Shown: positions 20,246 through 29,520 of the stretch, in pieces | Position numbering within the stretch: the stretch's first letter is position 1 | How the letters are laid out: every line of letters begins with the position of its first letter | Sequence record: NZ_CP072215.1 | DNA length: 64,000 bases | Source of the DNA: a plasmid | Reading direction: 5' to 3' (one strand) | The notes under the pieces: model-generated | Seen by the model: the letters and a program-made list of their open reading frames with translations, nothing else | Databases searched by the model: none | What the model was told of the DNA's origin: nothing | Translations under genes and position numbers: made by a program

Positions 20246-22639
20246 TTAGTGGTATCCTGAGCCGTAACCGTAGTGATAACCATATCGATAGCCATAACGG
20301 TATCCATAGCGACCGCCACTTCCCTCGGTCCCGTTCAAGATCAGGGACATGTTCTTGTATTTTTTCTCCTCGTAGATTTTCTCCAATTCAGCAAGCATAC
20401 TCCGTTCAAGTAATCCTGCACGAACTACGAAAACGGTACGGTCGGCCAGTTTCTCAATAATTTGCGTGTCGGCCACCAGTTCAACGGGCGGACAGTCGAT
20501 CAGCACATAGTCATATTGCTCCCTTACAGTATCGATTGTCTGCTTTAACCGCTCGTCGAACAATAATTCCGTTGGGTTAGGAGGAATCGTTCCCACGGGT
20601 AGTATATCCATAGATTTATGTTTCGGATCGGGTACGATGATCTCATCCAGATTATCGATACGACCTCCCAGATAGTCGCTCAATCCCTTGTCAGGAGAGT
20701 CGATATAGGATGATGCAGAGGCGTGGCGCAGGTCTCCGTCGATTACCAGCACTTTTTTTCCTTTGATGGCAAGGCTCACGGCGATGTTCATGGTCAGAAA
20801 CGATTTGCCGCTGCCCGGATTGAATGAGGTCATGATGATGACATTCGAAGTCTTGTCCTTGCCGGTCATAAATTCCAGGTTGGTACGCAATACGCGGAAT
20901 GCCTCGTTGATGATGTCACGGTTGCCCTCCTTGACGATAACGGCCTTGACTTCCTGCGGTTTCTTTCCTAATATCCCTTTTTTCTTTCTTGTGAACAGCG
21001 GAATTTCACCGATGAACGGTATAGTCAGGTTTTCCAGGTCTTTCCTTCCCCGTACACGGGTATTCATATTCTCGCGCATGAAGATAATGACTATCGGAAT
21101 GAGCAGCCCCAGAGCGAATGCGACCATAAAGATATTTTTATGCACAGGGGATGTCGGCAACATGCTGCCGTGTGGCGGGGTAACAATGCGGGTATTATAA
21201 GCCGTGAACGCCTGTGAGAGTTCGTTCTCTTCACGCTTTTGCAACAGGAATAGGTAAAGAGCTTCCTTTACCTTCTGTTGGCGCTCCACCGAAAGCAGGT
21301 ACTTGGCCTGTGTTGGGTTGGCCGCTATACGTGATGTCGTCTGTTGCTCCGTCTGCCGCAAACTTTTTATCTGCGAATTCAAGGTCACTATCTGATTGTC
21401 GATAGATCTGATTATCGCCCCACGCATGGATGCCAGAGCCTGATCCATATCCACGACCAGCGGATTTTCCGTGCTGCTGTTCGCAACCAGACTGTTGCGC
21501 TGCAACAGTTGCTTGTTGTATTCGGCAATCTGCGATTCAATATTGGCGCTTTCAATGCCGGAGTTGGCCGGAAGCAGTTGGGTACGGTTGGCATCGTTGG
21601 CTAAATAGTTCCGGATGTAACGGGTCATATAAAGCTGGTTGTTCAGGGACAGGATCTGCGCGTTGGCCGCACTGCTTTGAGCCATATACATACTCGATGC
21701 CGCCTGCACGTCGGGCAACAGATGTTCTGACTTGTAAGAGGAGATATCCTCGTCCACATTTCCCAGTTCCCGTTCGATTACGCCCAGACGCTCGTTGATG
21801 AACATTGAGGTGCTGACAGCGATCTGGTTTTTGTCCTTCACCCAATTCTCGTTATAAACGGAAATCAACATGCTCAATACATCTTCTGCCCGCTGTGTGG
21901 AGTTATCCTTGAATGACAAGTCTATGACTGACGCTTTCTCGCTGTTCAATGAAACGGACAGATTGGACGAGCAGGAGTTGACGGCGTTATACAGACTGGA
22001 TTTGCCTACATATAATGTATATGCCTCGCCTTTCACGTAATTGGGTGTTGTATGGATAATGATTTTTCCCAATGGCGTAGTGATGGAGTCGAGCAAGCTT
22101 CCCTTTACGTCCTTTTCTTCAAGATCTGTCCCGTTACGTATAAAGTCGGATAGGTATAACGTACCGTCCGGCTGTATTTCCAACGTAAAACCGGCTGATT
22201 CATTCTCAGGCAAGTCATTTATCGTTACATCCACCGGTAATGTCAGTCCATAGGCTACCTGACGGTGGAATTTTCCCCGAACGAAGTAATTCATATCCAG
22301 ACGCAACCGTTTAACCACTTCGGTCATTAAAGACGGTGATCGAAAGGTGATGAGTTCGTTATTCACATTTGTACCGGATTGAAACAGCCCGAACTCCGAG
22401 AAGGATTCCAAATCCGAGGAGACCGACTTGCCTTTGGAATCCTCTTTGATCAATACCGAAGCGGTACGTGTATATACGGCAGGAGTGCGTAACAGATAGG
22501 CAGTAGCGGCACCGATCGTTACCGCTAAAGACAAGACGAACCACTTCCATCTTGCGAGGCACAGGTATAACAGGTCCTGTATTCGCAGGAAATCATCCTG
22601 CTGCCCCGGTTTTATATTCTTTTGATTTACGGTCATCAT
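20246..22639 (-). CDS. wzc: Wzc-type polysaccharide co-polymerase with C-terminal BY tyrosine kinase
   Basis: 797 aa. N-terminal TM plus coiled-coil region, a Walker A (NPGSGKSF), and a Tyr-rich C-terminal tail GSGGRYGYRYGYRYGYHYGYGSGYH. Confidence 0.9.
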   Translation of the reverse strand: MMTVNQKNIKPGQQDDFLRIQDLLYLCLARWKWFVLSLAVTIGAATAYLLRTPAVYTRTASVLIKEDSKGKSVSSDLESFSEFGLFQSGTNVNNELITFRSPSLMTEVVKRLRLDMNYFVRGKFHRQVAYGLTLPVDVTINDLPENESAGFTLEIQPDGTLYLSDFIRNGTDLEEKDVKGSLLDSITTPLGKIIIHTTPNYVKGEAYTLYVGKSSLYNAVNSCSSNLSVSLNSEKASVIDLSFKDNSTQRAEDVLSMLISVYNENWVKDKNQIAVSTSMFINERLGVIERELGNVDEDISSYKSEHLLPDVQAASSMYMAQSSAANAQILSLNNQLYMTRYIRNYLANDANRTQLLPANSGIESANIESQIAEYNKQLLQRNSLVANSSTENPLVVDMDQALASMRGAIIRSIDNQIVTLNSQIKSLRQTEQQTTSRIAANPTQAKYLLSVERQQKVKEALYLFLLQKREENELSQAFTAYNTRIVTPPHGSMLPTSPVHKNIFMVAFALGLLIPIVIIFMRENMNTRVRGRKDLENLTIPFIGEIPLFTRKKKGILGKKPQEVKAVIVKEGNRDIINEAFRVLRTNLEFMTGKDKTSNVIIMTSFNPGSGKSFLTMNIAVSLAIKGKKVLVIDGDLRHASASSYIDSPDKGLSDYLGGRIDNLDEIIVPDPKHKSMDILPVGTIPPNPTELLFDERLKQTIDTVREQYDYVLIDCPPVELVADTQIIEKLADRTVFVVRAGLLERSMLAELEKIYEEKKYKNMSLILNGTEGSGGRYGYRYGYRYGYHYGYGSGYH

Positions 22640-22652
22640 ATCTGATTCTATA

Positions 22653-23444
22653 TTATTTTACAATCAACACGGTAATGGTCGTCAGCAACGAGGCCAATGA
22701 CATCCAGAAAGAGGCTGAGCGGACGTTATTGCCGTTGACGGTCGCCTGCCGTGCTTTCATTGAGTTGGGTTCCACATAAACGATATCGTTCTGCTGCAAA
22801 TAATACGCAGGAGAGGCATAAAGGTCATATCCCGAATTCAGGTTGACCTGATACAGGGTTTTTTTCCCGTTTTCCTCCCGTTGTACCAGCACGTTTTCCC
22901 GTTTCCCATAGACGGTAAGGTCCCCGGCCATGCTTAAGGCCTCCAAAAGTGTCAGCTTGTCCTTTTCGATATTGAAACGTCCGGGGGTGGCAACCTCGCC
23001 CAACACTGAAACGGTCAGGTTCATAAACTCCACTGTAACAACGGGGTCTTTCACGAGATTCTTTGAAACCAATTCCTCTTTTATATACGAGGCGATCTCC
23101 GCGCGTGTCATTCCTGCCACATGGATATGTCCCAGCACAGGAAAATCAATATCCCCATCCTTATTTATTGTATATCCTGATATTCCCTGACTATTGGATG
23201 TACCTGATGTCGTACCAATCTGTCGGGATATGATCGGAAGGTTGAAAAGGTTCATTAATAAGGGGTCTTTGCTGTTGACCTGTATGGAAATCTTGTCTTC
23301 TGGACGTATCCGGATTTCCAGCGGGTTCAAGACTTGCTCTGCGGTACCCCGTTTCAGGTCCGTGAAATAAGCGACTTTCGGTGTGGCACATGATCCCAAT
23401 AGAAAGGCCACGGTTAATAAGGATAAAATGTATCTGATTTTCAT
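22653..23444 (-). CDS. wza: Wza-type outer-membrane polysaccharide export lipoprotein
   Basis: Signal peptide with lipobox LLGSCAT. PES/SLBB-like motifs. Sits immediately upstream of wzc. Confidence 0.8.
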   Translation of the reverse strand: MKIRYILSLLTVAFLLGSCATPKVAYFTDLKRGTAEQVLNPLEIRIRPEDKISIQVNSKDPLLMNLFNLPIISRQIGTTSGTSNSQGISGYTINKDGDIDFPVLGHIHVAGMTRAEIASYIKEELVSKNLVKDPVVTVEFMNLTVSVLGEVATPGRFNIEKDKLTLLEALSMAGDLTVYGKRENVLVQREENGKKTLYQVNLNSGYDLYASPAYYLQQNDIVYVEPNSMKARQATVNGNNVRSASFWMSLASLLTTITVLIVK

Positions 23445-23456
23445 ATTTATTGATTT

Positions 23457-24578
23457 TTATTTGTTGGTTTTCTGTTCCGATTGAAGTTGTGCGATAGATT
23501 TTGTCAGCCTGATGTTGGCGAGAGTCCATATCAATATATCACCCAAAACGATCCAGTTCACATTGAGATAAAGGGACAGAAGAATATTGAGCAGTATGAA
23601 TATAGTTGACACGGAAACAATGATGATCATGGTATTGCGCTGCTTTATTCCGAGAGCAAGCAGCTTATGGTGGATATGGTTCTTGTCCGGCAGGAACGGG
23701 TTCTTTCCGTTGCGTACCCGATGCAGGTAAACCCTGACCACGTCACAGCATGGAACCAGCAAGGGTGAGAAGGCCAGCACCATCGGATGTACATTTCCTG
23801 TATTATCGTCTAGTCCGCACATGGTCAGTTTGAGACTGAGGAAACAGAGCATCATGCCGATGGTCAAACTGCCTGTGTCGCCCATGAAGATCTTCCTTCC
23901 GTGTTTGGCGTTCCCGAAAACATTGTAATAGAAGAATGGTACCAACACTCCCAATGTGGCAAACGCCAGCATGGCATAAACATACTGATGGAGCATAAAG
24001 AAAGTCAGTCCATAAAATAGGCAGGCGATACTGCATAGCCCGGAAGCCAGCCCGTCAATGCCGTCAATCAGGTTGATGGCATTGATGATGAAGACCACGA
24101 TCAGGATGGTCAGGGGATATCCTAACCATAACGGCACCGCATGGATGCCCAGAACACCGTATAGGTTGTTGATATATACCCCACCGGCAATAAGCATCAC
24201 GCCGCACAGAATCTGGATGACAAACTTGGCACGATAACGGATACCGATCAGGTCATCGGCCATGCCAACCAGATATAGTACCATGATGGAGCAGAAAGCA
24301 AAAGCCAAAGAGCACACGTCGTTCCCGATTTCGGACAATATCTCCGAATGTCCCAGCACCATATTGATTCCTAGCAACAGGGCTATGGTGAAAAACACTA
24401 CCGGCTTGAATGCGATACCACCCAATCGGGGCACCGCACAATGATGTACCTTCCGCTCATCGGGAAAGTCGAACAATTTCTTACGGAAAGCGATTAGCAG
24501 AATCTGGGGAATGACGATACCCGCACAGAGAACACAAAGCAAAAATGCCAGTGAACAATTTACAATCCAAAAATACAT
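23457..24578 (-). CDS. Undecaprenyl-phosphate sugar-1-phosphate transferase, WecA/MraY family (initiating glycosyltransferase)
   Basis: Polytopic membrane protein with DDxxD-like motifs (GMADDLIGIRY, GIDGLASG). First biosynthetic gene after upxY, as is common in Bacteroides CPS loci. Confidence 0.8.
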   Translation of the reverse strand: MYFWIVNCSLAFLLCVLCAGIVIPQILLIAFRKKLFDFPDERKVHHCAVPRLGGIAFKPVVFFTIALLLGINMVLGHSEILSEIGNDVCSLAFAFCSIMVLYLVGMADDLIGIRYRAKFVIQILCGVMLIAGGVYINNLYGVLGIHAVPLWLGYPLTILIVVFIINAINLIDGIDGLASGLCSIACLFYGLTFFMLHQYVYAMLAFATLGVLVPFFYYNVFGNAKHGRKIFMGDTGSLTIGMMLCFLSLKLTMCGLDDNTGNVHPMVLAFSPLLVPCCDVVRVYLHRVRNGKNPFLPDKNHIHHKLLALGIKQRNTMIIIVSVSTIFILLNILLSLYLNVNWIVLGDILIWTLANIRLTKSIAQLQSEQKTNK

Positions 24579-24652
24579 ATATTCAAATATTATTTTATTT
24601 GTGTAAGGCCACGAGGAAGGGGAACTTCATCATCTCCTTTTTGTGTCATCTC

Positions 24653-25231
24653 TCAAAATTTGTCACAATCGGAATCATTGATGACTTCAATCAAATCGGG
24701 ATGAACTTCTACCGATATACCCATAATCCCTTCAAGCATCACAACCACCCGGCGGCGACGTTTTCCTTTCACCCGCATGAATACGCCCTTTACTCCATTG
24801 AACTTGCCACCGTAAATACATATGTGGGTACCTTTCCGTATGTCAATCTCTTCCGGTTTATAATAAATAGTGTTTTCTTCATACTGCGAGGCAATCTTGA
24901 TAAAGCTCTCCATTTGCTTATCCGGCACCACGATATATTTCAGTCCCGTGCTTTTCTCCCACATCATGAATTGTAAGAAATTATATTTTTTTTTGAAATC
25001 CGTGATCTGTTTTCGGGAAGCATGCACGAAGACGAGATTCGGGATGACTGGTACAAGCCTTTTGGATTTCACTCCGTGATAGACCCTTACGGCATAGTGT
25101 TTCGGTATGAAATACTCTAGACCATCCTTGCCTTTGAGCATCTCTTCCGCCTTTTTCTCGTTTTTATAAGCGCTCATGGCGAACCATTGGATTCTAGTTA
25201 GATCTTCCCTTGTGGTTATGGGAGTACTCAT
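24653..25231 (-). CDS. upxY: UpxY-family NusG-like transcription antiterminator; first gene of the CPS operon
   Basis: 192 aa. NusG N-terminal-like region and a C-terminal KOW motif (GKFNGVKGVF). No upxZ-like ORF follows it. Confidence 0.8.
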   Translation of the reverse strand: MSTPITTREDLTRIQWFAMSAYKNEKKAEEMLKGKDGLEYFIPKHYAVRVYHGVKSKRLVPVIPNLVFVHASRKQITDFKKKYNFLQFMMWEKSTGLKYIVVPDKQMESFIKIASQYEENTIYYKPEEIDIRKGTHICIYGGKFNGVKGVFMRVKGKRRRRVVVMLEGIMGISVEVHPDLIEVINDSDCDKF

Positions 25232-25380
25232 TCGTCGTGTGTTTTTTAGTTATTACGGCAGGTCAAGATATACCCATAGTTCATCCCAACTTATGTATTG
25301 GTCTGTATTATAGTAATTTATGTCTTTTTTGGCTGTCATATCAACCATTCATGCCGTCTTTTATCTTGCCGCATTCCTAT

Positions 25381-25596
25381 TTTTCTCCATAAGAGAAATA
25401 GAGGACATAAATATTTAACATATATAATTGATTTACAGGGATTATTCGCTGTAAATACAATCTAGTTTACTCAACATTTGTTATGTAACCACGACATTTA
25501 ACGAGGTGGCTATTAAGGTTTTTCTTTGTTTTATGCTATTATGTTCAATAATTTATGTATTTTTGCATATTCAAAACATTTCTCTTATGGAGAAAA
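25381..25596. promoter_or_regulatory. Candidate invertible CPS promoter: 19-bp perfect inverted repeats (25381-25399 and 25578-25596) around a 178-bp segment that carries a Bacteroides -7 motif (TATTTTTG at about 25556, plus strand)
   Basis: IR verified base by base: ttttctccataagagaaat against atttctcttatggagaaaa. The TAnnTTTG motif points rightward, away from upxY. Confidence 0.6.
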
Positions 25597-26101
25597 CCGT
25601 CATTTATTCAATCTTTTTCAAGCAAGAATTTTGTACTTTCACGGGGCTTTTTCCTTTCTGAATCCATCTTGTCATACAACTGAAAGTATAGGGTATATAC
25701 TTGTTCATTATATTCCTATGGCATTCGTATAGGAAATTTCTCCTATTTTCGGTGTTTCTCTTTCTGAGAGAAATGGGGTGATTGGTATTTTGATGTATAT
25801 CAAATATTTATAAGATTGGTATAATCAATTTGCTCAACAAATAATCAGTTTTTTCTAATCATACCTCTTATTTTTTATGGTATGACTAATATTTTTCTTC
25901 TGATTTTTAGTGTTTTTTGTGTTATCTTTTGTACTTTTGCATTTACAAATCTTTCTCTCAGAAAGAAAACTTCAATTTGTATAACATAATTCCAACTTAT
26001 TTTTTGTCAGATAAATAAAAATAATAATTGCCATAGAATAACAGCGGGCCGATTGGGCACGTATGCTGAAACCTATGGCGTAAACTGTTTTATAATGTGA
26101 A

Positions 26102-27322
26102 TTAAAGTGTATTTAAAATAATACTGTTCGCTTTATCCACTACGGAGGTGTCTAACGATGCAAGATAAATCCGTGTAGTGCTTTCTGAATCATGTCCCAT
26201 AGCTTCGCTGATGGTAGCCAACGGAATGTTTTTGCTTCTGGCGATAGAAGCCCAGGCGTGACGTGCCACATAACTCGTCAGCGGAATAGGAAGGCCGATT
26301 TGTTTTCCCAATTTCTTTAGTTTTGAATTCACCAGCTGGGCTGCATTCTTGTATTGTTTCCGTTCATCCGTTTTTGCGTCGAGAATGATCGGCAATAGAT
26401 AAGAAGAACCTATGGTATCGTATTTATCTATGATTTCTTGCATGGGCTTTTCCCATTTGATTACTAGCTGTTGGTTGGTCTTTTTTCTGCGATATGATAA
26501 AAAACCGTTTTGCAAATTACTTTTCTTTAGATAAGCCATGTCTATAAATGACATCCCTCGGGTATAAAAACTGAACATAAATAGGTCTCTTGCATATTCC
26601 AAAGAGGAGTCGTGACTTAAATCCATATCGCGTATCTGTCGGATAATTTTGGCCGGAACTGCCCGTTTTACAGTTTTATCTATGCCCGTATATACATGTT
26701 TAAACGGATATCGCTGTATAACCAATTCTTTTTCTACGGCACGATTATACATGGCTCTGAGGTTTCTCATGTAATAGGAAGTACTGTTCGGACAAATGTC
26801 ATTAGATTTTAGATATTGTTCATATTCCATCATCAGGTTGGAGTCTATATTGTCGAAAGGGATGTCTCTGCCTTTCTTTCTGAAATTCATGAATCGCTTG
26901 AAGCTATTGAGCGTAGTGGTATAAGTTTCTGTGGTGCGTATTTTACCTATTTGTCTCAATTCTTCAATGAGATTCTCACAAAATGACACAAAGTACTCGT
27001 TCACAGGAGGAGCGGAATAATATTCAATGATTTCGTCTGCCGTATATTTGTATCCAAGATTCTCAAATCTTATCATAATATCTTTTAGACGTGAGGTGTC
27101 TTCCTCAATACATTTTTTTAAAGAAACCAAATACCGATGCCGGTTTTCTCCTGTCTTTGCTGGTATGATTATTTGGGAATTGAAAATATCCCACTCGTCA
27201 GGATAAATCTTGTATCCTGAATTTATCTGCCTTGCTACACGATTATGAATTACTTGATAGAACAATGTTCCCGCTTTTCCTTCTATAGAGGAATGTCGAT
27301 ACTTTATTTTTAATGATGCCAT
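26102..27322 (-). CDS. Tyrosine site-specific recombinase/integrase
   Basis: C-terminal HAWASIARSKNIPLATISEAMGHDSESTTRIYLA is the catalytic R...H-x-x-R...Y region typical of Bacteroides integrases. 406 aa. Confidence 0.85.
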   Translation of the reverse strand: MASLKIKYRHSSIEGKAGTLFYQVIHNRVARQINSGYKIYPDEWDIFNSQIIIPAKTGENRHRYLVSLKKCIEEDTSRLKDIMIRFENLGYKYTADEIIEYYSAPPVNEYFVSFCENLIEELRQIGKIRTTETYTTTLNSFKRFMNFRKKGRDIPFDNIDSNLMMEYEQYLKSNDICPNSTSYYMRNLRAMYNRAVEKELVIQRYPFKHVYTGIDKTVKRAVPAKIIRQIRDMDLSHDSSLEYARDLFMFSFYTRGMSFIDMAYLKKSNLQNGFLSYRRKKTNQQLVIKWEKPMQEIIDKYDTIGSSYLLPIILDAKTDERKQYKNAAQLVNSKLKKLGKQIGLPIPLTSYVARHAWASIARSKNIPLATISEAMGHDSESTTRIYLASLDTSVVDKANSIILNTL

Positions 27323-27502
27323 TTTTTTGTTTAATTAATATTATATTCTCCAAAATAAATGTTTTGGCGTATTATATGTTTAATAACCAATAAATTAGAT
27401 AACTGTTTGATTTTGATTATAGTTGGATTTATATTGATATGGCGAAATACTTGGCTATTATATATCAATGTGAATAATGTTGGATTTTATTCTTCTTTTA
27501 TT

Positions 27503-27870
27503 TCCGTACTGCCCTTTTCCTTGTTTTCTGCCTCCCCTAATGTACGTTTTTTCATAGCCCCGTCTGAGAGCCTTTGTTTTTGAACGGCAAATTTATTTCG
27601 GTGGATGGATACGAAAGAGTTCCGGTCTTCGCCCTTTGTACCGAAAAAAATAACGCCGGACGGCTTCGCTGTCCCCAACATTTTTTGTCGTCCAAAACTT
27701 TTCTCAATCCCTCCTTCCTTCTTGTTGTGTGCCGTAAAAAAAAGGCTTATAAACTCAGATGGGGCATGAAAGCTCAAAAAAAAAGTCGGCAGAAAGAAAA
27801 GGTCATCCCGGAAAGGGGTTTTAAAAAAAGGTCTTTAAATCTAGCTGAAGCATAAAATTAGAAGTTTAAC
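27503..27870. repeat. Conserved ~368-bp non-coding element, copy 1. A ~96% identical copy lies at 62290-62657 and a partial 3-prime copy at 56215-56340.
   Basis: Near-identical sequence strings seen directly. Each copy ends about 20-40 bp upstream of the first gene of a plus-strand operon. Confidence 0.9.
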
Positions 27871-27888
27871 CCTTTAAAAATGTGACAT

Positions 27889-28200
27889 ATGATTACAGTG
27901 ACGGAACAACTAAAGAATGTGTTTGAAGCCAACCCTTTGTACTCAAAAGAGGGGCAGGGGCTTAATGCGGAAGTCATCGCAAGGTTTTTCCTTCCTTTTT
28001 CTTCGGTGGTATGGTTGGTAACGGAAGCCGAACAGCAGGAAGACGGTGACTGGCTTTTTTTCGGTTATTGCCATATTCAAGAATGGGAATGGGGTTATGT
28101 GCTTCTTTCTCAAATTCAAGAGGTGAATGTTCGTGGGTTGACCGTGCAGCTGGATAAAGGACTGAAAACCGGTATAACGGTAAAAGCTTGCCTGAATTGA
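27889..28200 (+). CDS. DUF2958-family protein, common in Bacteroidetes conjugative elements
   Basis: Motif PLYSKEGQGLNAEVIARFFLPFSSVVWLVTEAE...DWLFFGY...EWGYV matches the DUF2958 pattern as recalled. Confidence 0.6.
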   Translation: MITVTEQLKNVFEANPLYSKEGQGLNAEVIARFFLPFSSVVWLVTEAEQQEDGDWLFFGYCHIQEWEWGYVLLSQIQEVNVRGLTVQLDKGLKTGITVKACLN

Positions 28201-28252
28201 TTAGAGAATAAACGGAGAGGGAACAACCCCTTTCCGCTTTCCAACCGGAATA

Positions 28253-28510
28253 TTGAACTTAAAAACGGAAGTTATGGTTTACGAGACGAATTGCACGGAA
28301 ATAACACAGGACAAATGGCGTGAGCTGATGAAGTACGGTAGAAAATGCTCCTATCGGCTGCTTACGGCGAGAATCAAGCGGGAATTGCCGGAATTATACC
28401 ATGCGCTGGCTCTCCAGTTCTATAATCCTTATGCGGAACAGTGCAGGCAGACACCCACACATTATATATTGGTTCATTCGGCCATTGAATATTTTATCAG
28501 AAAACAATAA
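28253..28510 (+). CDS. Hypothetical small protein (85 aa)
   Basis: ORF in an operon-like array downstream of the DUF2958 gene. Confidence 0.4.
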   Translation: MNLKTEVMVYETNCTEITQDKWRELMKYGRKCSYRLLTARIKRELPELYHALALQFYNPYAEQCRQTPTHYILVHSAIEYFIRKQ

Positions 28511-28517
28511 AGGACAA

Positions 28518-28772
28518 ATGGTTATGAAAACAAAAAAGGTTGATAAAAAGAAAACGCTGGCTTATGCGGTGGCATTTTACTTTACGGATGTTTCCGTAAA
28601 GTTCATGATGGGGAATGCGATGTATGAGTATGTACATACCGTTTATGACAGGCGGTATGATAACGGTGGCTTTAATACGCTTGCCGTAGTCTATAATTAC
28701 AAGAGGATGAAGTACGAGGTATTGGTCGTATCGGACGAGAAGGTAGGTGATAAGGAGATTCATATATTATAA
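28518..28772 (+). CDS. Hypothetical small protein (~84 aa; ORF 28401-28772 with likely start MVMKTKK)
   Basis: ORF with a plausible start after AAAGGACAA. Same array. Confidence 0.4.
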   Translation: MVMKTKKVDKKKTLAYAVAFYFTDVSVKFMMGNAMYEYVHTVYDRRYDNGGFNTLAVVYNYKRMKYEVLVVSDEKVGDKEIHIL

Positions 28773-29253
28773 GTTTCACAAACAGGGCTTTTGCCATATA
28801 AAAACGGCTTTTGAGATGAAAAAGTTATCGGCTTATACGGTTGCATCCAACTGCACCGACTTGACGGATATACGTGACGGCATCGCTGAAATACATGAAG
28901 CGATGAAGACTTGCGTTGAATCCGGGAAACATATCCCTTCATTCTATGTTTCCCGGTTGGCCAAACTGGAAACTAAAAAGAAGAAACTGGAGAAACGGAC
29001 GCAGGTACACATGACCGTCACCATCCGTTTCTTTATAGATGATGATACCCTTACAATGGCAGTCAGGCATTGCCTTTTCTTCAAGCTGGAACCGACTCGG
29101 CAGAATGTGATGAAAGCCATCCGTGATGCGGTTCTTAATAACGGACGTTCCATTCTTGACTTTCCGGAAGCATGGGGAGAAGATCTTATGGATGTGTCTT
29201 TCTTTGATGTGGAGAATGCCATGAAGAAGCTGCGTTCCTCATTCGGCCTATAA
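28747..29253 (+). CDS. Hypothetical protein (start probably the internal MKKLSAYT...)
   Basis: 168-aa ORF. Followed by a compound terminator-like palindrome. Confidence 0.45.
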   Translation: MIRRFIYYKFHKQGFCHIKTAFEMKKLSAYTVASNCTDLTDIRDGIAEIHEAMKTCVESGKHIPSFYVSRLAKLETKKKKLEKRTQVHMTVTIRFFIDDDTLTMAVRHCLFFKLEPTRQNVMKAIRDAVLNNGRSILDFPEAWGEDLMDVSFFDVENAMKKLRSSFGL

Positions 29254-29520
29254 ACTTCATTGCATATTTTTCCGAAAGTAAAGTAACCGTTGGATTTTTG
29301 GCCAGCGGTTCTTTTTTCAAAAAAGAACCAAAAACTTTGAATACAATCTTTTTTCATCTTCTAACTTATGTATTCGGAAAAAATTCCATGGCATTCAGAA
29401 AAGGGATGATAGCGGTTTGGGGATTATAGGGTAGATTTGTGGGGTAAGCTTACAGAGACAGTTTTTATAGGCAGGTTCCGAAAAGCCTTTGAGAGAGTAG
29501 GAGAACATGAGTTATAATAT

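Noticed and set aside
21214-21845. Several 60-120-aa ORFs on both strands inside wzc
   Set aside because: They lie entirely within the well-supported 797-aa Wzc coding sequence, in a locally GC-richer stretch where random ORFs are expected. No start context or homology supports them.
25232-26100. Search for a B. fragilis Mpi-type IR consensus around the CPS promoter
   Set aside because: The inverted repeats found do not resemble the Mpi-site consensus as I recall it, so no Mpi-site call was made. Only the generic invertible-promoter architecture is reported.
27487-27855. ORFs of 93-96 aa on both strands inside the conserved leader element (also 62325-62642)
   Set aside because: They overlap each other on opposite strands and are full of poly-A-derived Lys/Phe runs. 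Conservation is equally high in all frames, which fits a non-coding element rather than a protein.
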